64,000 nt of DNA. Origin: Macrostomum hystrix. Taxonomy: Eukaryota; Animalia; Platyhelminthes. The stretch is from contig CATNEN010000008.1 in assembly GCA_950097015.1 (NCBI GenBank), forward strand, positions 3,162,001-3,226,000, written 5' to 3'. Of this stretch, positions 48,756 to 60,300 are shown one piece after another (position 1 is the stretch's first letter; every line of letters starts with the position of its first letter). A program made the translations under genes and the position numbers. Under the pieces are notes generated by a model. It ran no database searches, was not told the origin of the DNA, and saw nothing but the letters and a program-made list of their open reading frames with translations.

Positions 48756-51288
48756 AGCCAAATTGATTTCAGAACTGCTTTTCGAATTTCAGGTGATGTG
48801 CTGATTCGCAACCACAGCTTGAGCGGCGCCTGGCAGTCGTCTCACGGTTATGGACAGAGTTGTTTTTAAACGCGAGCTTCTGAAAGAGAGAAAAATGAAA
48901 CGGAATCGAAATTCAAATTATTCATCCACAGCAATGACAGCCGGTATGCAGTGGGAGGATTCCACTGGTTCGCAGTGCAGCTGAAGAAACAGGCTCTCAT
49001 CAGATCGGTCACTGTGAAGGGCACAAGTGAGTCTCTGATTTTGAGTATACTCTCGTGGATGCTGCTGCACTAAAAGCAGTCTGAGACGACAAAAGCAATT
49101 GAAGCAGGTATTCTACCGTGAAGCGTCAAGTGCTAAACTTTCATTCTAAAATTGCAATTCAGGTAGCACAGCAACGCTCGGCAGGTCAGCCGGAATCGAG
49201 ATTTGGACATCGAGCTCAAGCCAGCAGCTGCTCTCTGGAGACCACTGCTTCTCAAAAGCCATCAGCAGGCAGTTTGAGCAGCACCTGAGCAGCTGGAGCC
49301 TCTGCGGCACCACTGCGAACAAGCCGAGCATCTCACCTGCTGAGAAATTTCAAGTGGACTGCGTGGCTGAGGTGAGTTCATGCAGCAGACTCAAGTACTT
49401 TGATCAGCTCGAGACTCAGTGACAGAGATGTGAATTTCAGGTGCGATACCTGCTGCTCAGAAGAAACTGCTCATTCAACTTCAGTGCGGGCGACAATGGC
49501 TACCTGCACATTGCGGATCTGTCTTTGCAAACAATAAAGCTAGGTGAGGTTGAAGTCTCGTTCGTTTTTGCATTTTTACATTTCACAGGACAGTAGCATG
49601 ACTGTTCTTAAACTGCAAAGCTTTTCTGGTCTTTGATTTCCTTTTTCTGTCGTATAAACTAAAGCTTTTGGGGAGAGTGGCGGTAACGCATCTGACAATT
49701 GTAATAAAGTCATGAGCTCGAACCTTCGGCGAGGCCACATTAAGCGAGAATTCATGACACCATGTTCAAACACAAGGCACAGTGAGAGTGTACACTTGCC
49801 CAAGGCCCTCCGCTAATTACTATTCATATTACTCTGCGTATTGCGACAACATTTCCTCGGCTTGTCCCCGAACTGCCGACACCATTCCCAATCTCTTCAG
49901 CGCTATCAGCTGAGCGGGTGGTGGCAGTGAACACTTCATTTTCGGTGAACTGCTCACTGCTCTGCATGGACTCCGGCCTGAGCATAAACTTGAGCAGGCC
50001 GCAGCTCTGCTTTCCAAACGGCAGCTGCACCAATGAACTCCAGCTGCTGATCGGCAGTGCTCAGCCCTCGCACTCGGGAAACTACGCCTGCAGGCTGGGC
50101 TCCGTTGAAGACTCAAGCTCCGTCTCCGTGCTGTGTGAGCTCTTGGTGAATGGTTTAGCGTCCGTGTCTGGCTTTAGTTAATTACCTAGATTACCTTGAA
50201 TTCAATGCTGCGAGAGTGAAAAGTTGAGTTCATGATGTTTGCAGATCCACCATCAAGAGTGGCAGTCTCATTTGACAGCTGTCAGAGCCTGTCAGATGTG
50301 ATGGTGCAGTTCAGCTCATCTGCAGCTCAGCCGGTGCCTGAGCACAGGTGCAGCGCTCATTTCAGTTGCACTGGAGCTTCGGTCAATCTCACCTTCCTGT
50401 CACAGGTGAGATTCCTTGCTCATTATTCCACTTGCCGTCGTGCGTCACCTTTAAGTGCCACTTATGAGCATGCGAGGAGACGATTTTCTGAGCATTGCAT
50501 CGCTCCCTAGCACACTCACACACGCCCCAGCACACAGGCATGAACTGAACAATGAACTGGACACCCACAGCGGCACTGACATATTGTTAGACGATGTACA
50601 TACTCTGCGAGACTCTGGACTTTCCACTCATTAGCTCAGATGGGACCCCCAAACAAAGACTGTCTTGAATTCGTATGCATCATTAGCTCAGATGGGACCC
50701 CCAAACAAAGACTGTCTTGAATTCTTATGCATCATTAGCTCAGATGGGACCCCCAAACAAAGACTGTCTTGAATTCGTATGCATCATTAGCTCAGATGGG
50801 ACCCCCAAACAAAGACTGTCTTGAATTCGTATGCATCATTAGCTCAGATGGGACCCCCAAACAAAGACTGTCTTGAATTCGTATGCAGGGACCATGTTCC
50901 GATAGTCGTGTGTGTAACCGCTCCGCCACTTCACTCCGCCAGAACTCGGCGGACAAAGACTTGATCAGCAGGTGGACATTCGGCAGAGAAGCCTCGGAGA
51001 TGCAGCAGTGCAATGCCAGTGCGCTGGTGCTGAAGTGCAGCGCAGTGCAGACTCTGCCCGAGGGGATCAGCTTCCAGTCGGTGCACACGGATGAGAGGAT
51101 GTGGGAGTGCAGTCTGAGCACAGGCCGTCACTATGCCGTTCATGCCATCATCGTGAGCACAGTTGTGTGCTCAATTCTGGCGGTACTCATACTCGGGAGT
51201 GTTCTGCGATTCCTAACAACTCAGGTTTGTGAGCTGCTTTCCTAGAATTCAGCAAGTCTGTGAAATCTAAGTTAACTCGAATAAAATT
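48590..51288 (+). repeat. Direct segmental duplication copy 1 (partner ~57740-60396)
   Basis: Near-identical exons and introns from the (GTGA)n tract to about 65 nt past the TM exon; the ORF track has matching pairs (50232/59444, 50883/59991). Confidence 0.92.
50630..50885. repeat. 52-bp array ending at the TM-exon acceptor (fewer units at 59840-59993)
   Basis: Unit CATTAGCTCAGATGGGACCCCCAAACAAAGACTGTCTTGAATTCGTATGCAT; the last unit ends GTATGCAG|. Confidence 0.92.
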
Positions 51289-51356
51289 GAGAATATGAGA
51301 TTATTTGGCCAAGAGCTATTGGCTCAAGGAATGAAATTTGGTGACACAATGTGTTT

Positions 51357-51825
51357 TGACGAGTGTTCTCAAGTATGTTTCGTGAAGTGCTTCACTCTGA
51401 GCATTGACGAGTGTTCTCAAATGTGTTTCGTGAACTGCTTCAATCTGAGTATTGACGAGTGTTCTCAAATGTGTTTCGTGAAGTGCTTCACTCTGAGCAT
51501 TGACGAGTGTTCTCAAATGTGTTTCGTGAAGTGCTTCACTCTGAGCATTGACGAGTGTTCTCAAAAGTATGTTTCGTGAAGTGCTTCACTCTGAGCATTG
51601 ACGAGTGTTCTCAAAAGTATGTTTCGTGAAGTGCTTCACTCTGAGCATTGACGAGTGTTCTCAAATGTGTTTCGTGAACTGCTTCACTCTGAGCATTGAC
51701 GAGTGTTCTCAAAAGTATGTTTCGTGAACTGCTTCACTCTGAGCATTGACGAGTGTTCTCAAAAGTATGTTTCGTGAACTGCTTCACTCTGAGCATTGAC
51801 GAGTGTTCTCAAATGTGTTTCGTGA
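51357..51825. repeat. 48-50-bp array GACGAGTGTTCTCAAATGTGTTTCGTGAAGTGCTTCACTCTGAGCATT
   Basis: Direct tandem units. Confidence 0.92.
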
Positions 51826-52331
51826 ACCGCCTTCACCATTCAGCGTGGAAGGTCAGCGGAGCCTCCTCAAGGAGGGACAGCGGTGGAAGTCGCCACGGAG
51901 TACGAGAACTCTGAGTACAAGCTGGAAGCTGCCACTGGGGTGTACGTGGCCTGACAGCCGTGGACTGAGTAGCACCTTACTGCTGGTTGATTTCAGTAGC
52001 TCTAATACTTTTTTGAGCACTGCGTACTCCTGAGTAGTCTTAATGGTCGCTATTAAGCTATCGATTTTCCGTTTCTTTGGTTTTTCCATTTTTTGAAAAG
52101 TCTTTATACTCGGAGCATTGCATGCTAATTGCTATTCTAGCTAAGCATGCTCTCCTACCGAGTGCTGCAATGGATTATATTGCTTGCTTTGTCAATTTTT
52201 ATAATCAAGATCTGAATCTCAACCGAGTTTTGTGGGTAACGGTTGTAGTCTAATAGTTAGAGCTTCAGAATTCTGACCGAGAGGTCGTGAGTTCGATTCT
52301 CAGTCGATAGAAAGCAATTCGCGCAAGACAC

Positions 52332-52547
52332 TCCACTCCCTTCACTCCATGCTGATTGACTGCATAGAGTTTGCTCCACTCCCTTAACTCCATGCTGATT
52401 GACTGCATAGAGTTTGCTCCACTCCCTTAACTCCATGCTGATTGACTGCATAGAGTTTGCTCCACTCCCTTCACTCCATGCTGATTGACTGCATAGAGTT
52501 TGCTCCACTCCCTTCACTCCATGCTGATTGACTGCATAGAGTTTGCT
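52332..52547. repeat. 43-bp array, about 5 units
   Basis: Unit CTCCACTCCCTTCACTCCATGCTGATTGACTGCATAGAGTTTG. Confidence 0.9.
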
Positions 52548-52854
52548 GCTGCTGCTGTTTACCCTAGATTTCCTTATTTTTTAACCTGGTGAGCGGATGT
52601 TATAATGCGACTCAAATGTATTCAGTGTACAGGCAAGTCCGTTGTTAACAGATATTCTAATAAATAACAATTAAACCTACCCTGAATTTGGTTTCTGTAG
52701 CCACGGGAGAACCAGTTGAGACCCATGCAAGACAGTCCAGCCATCACAATAGCTGGCAGTGCTTTTGTGATGTCGCCAAACAGCACTATCCATTGTCTGG
52801 TAATTCAGAATTCTCTAGTAATTCTCAAGTACTTTTCAAGTAGAATGCGTCTTA

Positions 52855-55705
52855 AGTAATTCTCAAATTCTCCAATTCTCTAATTCTCTAATTCTCTAAT
52901 TCTCTAATTCTCTAATTCTCTAATTCTCTAATTCTCTAATTATCTAATTATCTAATTCTCTAATTCTCTAATTCTCTAATTCTCTAATTATCTAATTATC
53001 TAATTCCCTAACTATCTAATTGTCTAATTGTCTAATTCTCTAATTCTCCAATTCTCAAATTCTCTAGTAATTCTCAAGTACTTTTCAAGTAGCATAAGTC
53101 TTAAGTAATTCTCTAATTCTCTAATTCTCTAATTCTCTAATTATCTAATTCCCTAACTATCTAATTGTCTAATTCTCTAATTCTCTAATTCTCCAATTCT
53201 CAAATTCTCTAGTAATTCTCAAGTACTTTTCAAGTAGAATGCGTCTTAAGTAATTCTCCAATTCTCTGATTCTCAAATTCTCAAATTCTCTAATTCTCTG
53301 ATTCTCAAATTCTCAAATTCTCTAATTCTCCAATTCTCTGATTCTCTAATTCTCTAATTCTCTAATTCTCCAATTCTCTGATTCTCAAATTCTCTAATTC
53401 TCTAATTCTCTAATTCTTTAATTCTCTAATTCTCCAATTCTCTGATTCTCCAATGCTCTGATTCTCTAATTCTCTAATTCTCTAATTCTCTGATTCTCTA
53501 ATTCTCTGATTCTCAAATTCTCTAATTCTCTGATTCTCCAATTCTCTAATTCTCTGATTCTCCAATTCTCTAATTCTCTAATTCTCTAATTCTCTGATTC
53601 TCAAATTCTCTAATTCTCTGATTCTCCAATTCTCTAATTCTCTAATTCTCTAATTCTCTGATTCTCAAATTCTCTAATTCTCTGATTCTCCAATTCTCTA
53701 ATTCTCTAATTCTCTAATTCTCTGATTCTCAAATTCTCTAATTCTCTGATTCTCCAATTCTCTAATTCTCTAATTCTCTAATTCTCTAATTCTCCAATTC
53801 TCTAATTCTCTAATTCTCTAATTCTCTAATTCTCTAATTCTCTGATTCTCTAATTCTCTAATTCTCTAATTCTCTAATTCTCTAATTCTCTAATTCTCTA
53901 ATTCTCCAATTCTCTAATTCTCTAATTATCTGATTCTCCAATTCTCTAATTCTCTAATTCTCTGATTCTCTGATTCTCTAATTCTCTAATTCTCTGATTC
54001 TCTGATTCTCTAATTCTCTAATTCTCTGATTCTCTAATTATCTGATTCTCCAATTCTCTAATTCTCTAATTCTCTGATTCTCAAATTGTCCGATTCTCTA
54101 ATTCTCTAATTCTCTAATTCTCTAATTCTCTGATTCTCTAATTCTCTAATTCTCTAATTCTCTAATTCTCTAATTCTCTAATTCTCTAATTCTCTGATTC
54201 TCTAATTCTCTAATTCTCCAATTCTCTAATTCTCTAATTCTCCAATTCTCCGATTCTCTAATTCACAGATTCTCAGATTTTCTAATTCTCTAATTCTCTA
54301 ATTCTCTAATTCTCTGATTCTCTAATTCTCTAATTCTCTAATTCTCCAATTCTCTAATTCTCTAATTCTCTAATTCTCCAATTCTCTAATTCTCTAATTA
54401 TCTGATTCTCCAATTCTCTAATTCTCTAATTCTCTAATTCTCTGATTCTCTGATTCTCTAATTCTCTAATTCTCTAATTCTCTGATTCTCTAATTCTCTA
54501 ATTCTCTAATTCTCTAATTCTCTAATTCTCTAATTCTCTAATTCTCTAATTCTCTTATTCTCTAATTCTCTAATTCTCCAATTCTCTAATTCTCCAATTC
54601 TCTAATTCTCTAATTCTCTAATTCTCTAATTCTCTAATTCTCTAATTCTCTAATTCTCTAATTCTCCAATTCTCTAATTCTCTAATTCTCTAATTCTCTA
54701 ATTCTCTAATTCTCTGATTCTCTAATTCTCTAATTCTCTAATTCTCTAATTCTCTAATTCTCTAATTCTCTAATTCTCCAATTCTCTAATTCTCTAATTA
54801 TCTGATTCTCCAATTCTCTAATTCTCTAATTCTCTGATTCTCTGATTCTCTAATTCTCTAATTCTCTGATTCTCTGATTCTCTAATTCTCTAATTCTCTG
54901 ATTCTCTAATTATCTGATTCTCCAATTCTCTAATTCTCTAATTCTCTGATTCTCAAATTGTCCGATTCTCTAATTCTCTAATTCTCTAATTCTCTAATTC
55001 TCTGATTCTCTAATTCTCTAATTCTCTAATTCTCTAATTCTCTAATTCTCTAATTCTCTAATTCTCTGATTCTCTAATTCTCTAATTCTCCAATTCTCTA
55101 ATTCTCTAATTCTCCAATTCTCCGATTCTCTAATTCACAGATTCTCAGATTTTCTAATTCTCTAATTCTCTAATTCTCTAATTCTCTGATTCTCTAATTC
55201 TCTAATTCTCTAATTCTCCAATTCTCTAATTCTCTAATTCTCTAATTCTCCAATTCTCTGATTCTCCAATTCTCTAATTCTCTAATTCTCTAATTATCTG
55301 ATTCTCCAATTCTCTAATTCTCTAATTCTCTAATTCTCTGATTCTCTGATTCTCTAATTCTCTAATTCTCTAATTCTCTGATTCTCTAATTCTCTAATTC
55401 TCTAATTCTCTAATTCTCTAATTCTCTAATTCTCTGATTCTCTAATTCTCTTATTCTCTAATTCTCTAATTCTCTGATTCTCCAATTCTCTAATTCTCTG
55501 ATTCTCTAATTCTCTAATTCTCTAATTCTCTAATTCTCTAATTCTCTAATTCTCTGATTCTCTAATTCTCTGATTCTCTAATTCTCTTATTCTCTAATTA
55601 TCTAATTCTCTGATTCTCTAATTCTCTAATTCTCTAATTCTCTGATTCTCCAATTCTCTGATTCTCCAATTCTCAAATTCTCCAATTCTCTAATTCTCTA
55701 ATTCT
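52855..55705. repeat. 8-bp satellite (TTCTCTAA)n, ~2.85 kb
   Basis: Direct tandem units with variants. Confidence 0.97.
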
Positions 55706-56321
55706 CACGAGAGACAATGTCAAGGCAATGACAACTAAAGCAGAATGACTCAAGACCCGTAATTCTTGCAGAAGCTGTTGAAGGCCAAATACAGTAGCAA
55801 AAAATTTATTTTTCTATGGCTATCATCAATAATTAAATCAAATCCGTGTGTTATGACCTTATGAGATAGCTGATTGTATTTTTTTGACTTGCGAGAGGTT
55901 TTCTGTTGGTTTACAAAATATTTTTTCTGTTTAAGCTCTCAACAGAAACTCAAAAAAGTTTCTGTTGAGAGCTTAAACGACCTTTTAGTAGGCCGTTAAA
56001 TTCAAACCACAGTGTGAAAATACAAGGCTCTGTAGCCTAGTGGGTAGAGCGTCAGGCTCACGAGGCTTGAAGGTCGGAGGTTCGTTTCCCGACTCCACTT
56101 GAAAACAATTCGTAATTTAGCAAGAAACTTTACTCGCCCGGCTGTTAAATGGGAACCAGAATGAGCTGGGTGTGGAGCTCTCAGTGAGGACTAAAATGGC
56201 TGAAACACCTGCATCGATTAACCAGACGACTAAAATATAACAATCCATACCAGACAACATATAGTTCTGTTGACCAGAGGAAATTCTGCAAGTCCACATA
56301 CAATTCTTCTCTATTACATCA

Positions 56322-56995
56322 TATTCCCGACCATGACATAACATTCCCGACCATGACATAACATTCCCGACCATGACATAACATTCCCGACCATGACATA
56401 ACATTCCCGACCATGACATAACATTCCCAACCATGACATCACATTCCCGACCATTACATCATATTCCTGACCATGACATAACATTCCCGACCATGACATC
56501 ACATTCCCGACCATGACATAACATTCCCTACCATGACAATAGGGAATTGCACGAAATATGGTGCACCTCCGCCGGTCGCTACTGTCCAAACCCCCCCAAC
56601 AAGTCCCGAAATTAATCGTGACTTGAAGGGTGAATCGAACTGGCGTCCTTTGGAGTGCGAGGCAGCGACGTTAGCCGCTGACCCACTCGCCCCCTGACCA
56701 TGACATCACATTTCCGACCACGACATTACATTCCAAACCATCAACATCACATTCCCGACCATGACATAACATTCCCGACCATGACATCACATATCCGACC
56801 ATGACATCACATTTCCAAACATCAACATCACATTCCCGACCATGACATAACATTCCCGACCATGACATAACATTCCCGACCATGACATCACATTTCCGAC
56901 CATTACATCACATTCCCGACCATTACATCACATTTCCAAACATCAACATCACATTGCCGACCATCAACATCACATCGCCGACCACTAACATAACA
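56322..56995. repeat. 20-bp array CATGACATAACATTCCCGAC interrupted by a SINE family 2 copy
   Basis: Units lie on both sides of 56540-56692. Confidence 0.92.
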
Positions 56996-57311
56996 TTATA
57001 AACCACTCCATCACAATTTACTTTCTACTAACATCTCGTGTACTTAAGTTTATATCAATTGCGTATATATTACTGTCTGTGACTGGTCTAAATGAAAACC
57101 CCTGCTTACTACTAAGTGTAAGTAGTGAAATCGACATAAAAACGTCAGTTATCAATGGTGAAAAACTGAAATTTGCAGTGAAGATAAGTGAAAGTGAACA
57201 TAAACAAGGCCTGTCTACCCAGCCACAGAGTGGCCAGCAGTGATTTATATTCACTAGAAGTCAAGTCCACTGGACGGCACAGCAAAGCCGAAAATGAGAG
57301 ACAAAACAGAC

Positions 57312-60300
57312 ATGACAGCTGCTGCACTGATCATCCTGCTGACTGCCTCCCACTGCCTCTGCACCTGCCTGTGCGACTGTGAGTAAGGGAGAAGAGCAAA
57401 AAGAGAAGAGTGAGTGAGTGAGTGAGTGAGTGAGTGAGTGAGTGAGTGAGTGAGTGAGTGAGTGAGTGAGTGAGTGAGTGAGTGAGTGAGTATGTGAGTG
57501 AGCGAGTGAGTGAGTGAGTGAGTGAGTGAGTGAGTGAGTGAGTCAGCGAGTGAATGTGTAAGTGAGTGAGTGAGTGAGTGAGTGAGTGAGTAAGTGAGTG
57601 AATGTGTAAGTGAGTGAGTGAGTGAGTGAGTGAGTGAGTGAGTGAGTGAGTGAGTGAGTGGGTGAGTGAGTGAGTAAGTGAGTGAGTGAGTGAGTGAGTG
57701 AGTAAGTGAGTGAATGTGTAAGTGAGTGAGTGAGTGAGTGAGTGAGTGAGTGAGTGAGTGAGTGAGTGAGTGAGTGAGTGAGTGAGTGAGTAAGTGAGTG
57801 AGTGAGTGAGTGAGTGAGTGAGTGAGTGAGTGAGTGAGTGAGTGAGTGAGTGAGTGAGTGAGTGAGTGAGTGAGTAAGCCATATTGATTTCAGAACTGCT
57901 TTTCGAATTTCAGGTGATGTGCTGATTCGCAACCACAGCTTGAGCGGTGCCTGGCAGTCGTCTCACGGTTATGGACAGAGTTGTTTTCAAACGCGAGCTT
58001 CTGAAAGAGAGAAAAATGAAACGGAATCGAAATTCAAATTATTCATCCACAGCAATGACAGCCGGTATGCAGTGGGAGGATTCCACTGGTTCGCAGTGCA
58101 GCTGAAGAAACAGGCTCTCATCAGATCGGTCACTGTGAAGGGCACAAGTGAGTCTCTGATTTTGAGTATACTCTCGTGGATGCTGCTGCACTAAAAGCAG
58201 TCTGAGACGACAAAAGCAATAGAAGCAGGTATTCTACCGTGAAGCGTCAAGTGCTAAACTGTCATTCTAAAATTGCAATTCAGGTAGCACAGCAACGCTC
58301 GGCAGGTCAGCCGGAATCGAGATTTGGACATCGAGCTCAAGCCAGCAGCTGCTCTCTGGAGACCACTGCTTCTCAAAAGACAGCAGCAGGCAGTTTGAGC
58401 AGCACCTGAGCAGCTGGAGCCTCTGCGGCACCACTGCGAACAAGCCGAGCATCTCACCTGCTGAGAAATTTCAAGTGGACTGCGTGGCTGAGGTGAGTTC
58501 ATGCAGCAGACTCAAGTACTTTGATCAGCTCGAGACTCAGTGACAGAGATGTGAATTTCAGGTGCGATACCTGCTGCTCAGAAGAAACTGCTCATTCAAC
58601 TTCAGTGCGGGCGACAATGGCTACCTGCACATTGCGGATCTGTCTTTGCAAACTATGAAGCCAGGTGAGGTTGAAGTTAACAGAGTTTTCTGCGTTTTTA
58701 ATTTCTGGTCTTTGATTTCCTTTTTCTGTCGTATAAACTAAAGCTTTTGGGGAGAGTGGCGGTAACGCATCTGACAATTGTAATAAAGTCATGAGCTCGA
58801 ACCTTCGGCGAGGCCACATTCAGCGAGAATTCATGACACCGTGTTCAAACACAAGGCACAGTGAGAGTGTACACTGCCTGACGAGGAGAAAGTCAGAGCA
58901 GATGTACACACTTGCATGAGTGTGTGCCTGCGTACGGTATCTGTGTGCGTGTGTGCTCAGGAGTCTCCTCGCTGGTTGCGGGTCTTCAGTCACCAAAGGA
59001 TGTGCCATTGCCCAAGGCCCTCCGCTAGTTATTATTCATATTACTCTGCGTATTGCGACAACATTTCCTCGGCTTGTCCCCGAACTGCCGACACCATTCC
59101 CAATCTCTTCAGCGCTATCAGCTGAGCGGGTGGTGGCAGTGAACACTTCATTTTCGCTGAACTGCTCACTGCTCTGCTTGGACTCCGGCCTGAGCACAAA
59201 CTTGAGCAGGCCACAGCTCTGCTTTCCAAACGGCAGCTGCACCAATGAACTCCAGCTGCTGATCGGCAGTGCTCAGCCCTCGCACTCGGGAAACTACTCC
59301 TGCAGGCTGGGCTCCGTTGAAGACTCAAGCTCCGTCTCCGTGCTGTGTGAGCTCTTGTTGAATGGTTTAGCGTCCGTGTCTGGCTTTAGTTGATTGCCTA
59401 GATTACCTTGAATTCAATGCTGCGAGAGTGAAAAGTTGAGTTCATGATGTTTGCAGATCCACCATCAAGAGTGGCAGTCTCATTTGACAGCTGTCAGAGC
59501 CTGTCAGATGTGATGGTGCAGTTCAGCTCATCTGCAGCTCAGCCGGTGCCTGAGCACAGGTGCAGCGCTCATTTCAGTTGCACTGGAGCTTCGGTCAATC
59601 TCACCTTCCTGTCACAGGTGAGATTCCTTGCTCATTATTCTACTTGCTGTCGTGCATCACCTTTAAGTGCCACTTTTGAGCATGCGAGGAGACGATTTTC
59701 TGAGCATTGCATCGCTCCCTAGCACACTCACACACGCCCCAGCACACAGGCATGAACTGAACAATGAACTGGACACCCACAGCGGCACTGACATATTGTT
59801 AGACGATGTACATACTCTGCGAGACTCTGGACTTTCCACTCATTAGCTCAGATGGGACCCCCAAACAAAGACTGTCTTGAATTCGTATGCATCATTAGCT
59901 CAGATGGGACCCCCAAACAAAGACTGTCTTGAATTCGTATGCATCATTAGCTCAGATGGGACCCCCAAACAAAGACTGTCTTGAATTCGTATGCAGGGAC
60001 CATGTTCCGATAATCGTGTGTGTAACCGCTCCGCCACTTCACTCCGCCAGAACTCGGCGGACAAAGACTTGATCAGCAGGTGGACATTCGGCAGAGAAGC
60101 CTCGGAGATGCGGCAGTGCAATGCCAGTGCGCTGGTGCTGAAGTGCAGCGCAGTGCAGACTCTGCCCGAGGGGATCAGCTTCCAGTCGGTGCACACGGAT
60201 GAGAGGATGTGGGAGTGCAGTCTGAGCACAGACCGTCACTATGCCGTTCATGCCATCATCGTGAGCACAGTTGTGTGCTCAATTCTGGCGGTACTCATAC

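Larger units (their letters stand above)
48040..51954 (+). pseudogene. G6: SP-FTLD-Ig-proximal-TM receptor with class A tail; in-frame TAA in the first FTLD exon
   Basis: SP 48040-48106 MGFAALITLVTVALCVSIILGD; FTLD 48793-49026, 49163-49371, 49441-49543; Ig 49901-50134; proximal 50245-50405; TM exon 50889-51224; tail 51844-51954 RGRSAEPPQGGTAVEVATEYENSEYKLEAATGVYVA*. TAA at 48867-48869 corresponds to CAA (Gln) at 57988-57990 in G7. Confidence 0.75.

Noticed and set aside
51895-51954. ITAM in the class A tail
   Set aside because: The tyrosines are not in YxxL/I-x6-8-YxxL/I context in either G1 or G6.
52855-55705. Telomeric repeat or chromosome end
   Set aside because: Unit TTCTCTAA/TTAGAGAA is not TTAGGG-type, is degenerate and is flanked by genes on both sides.
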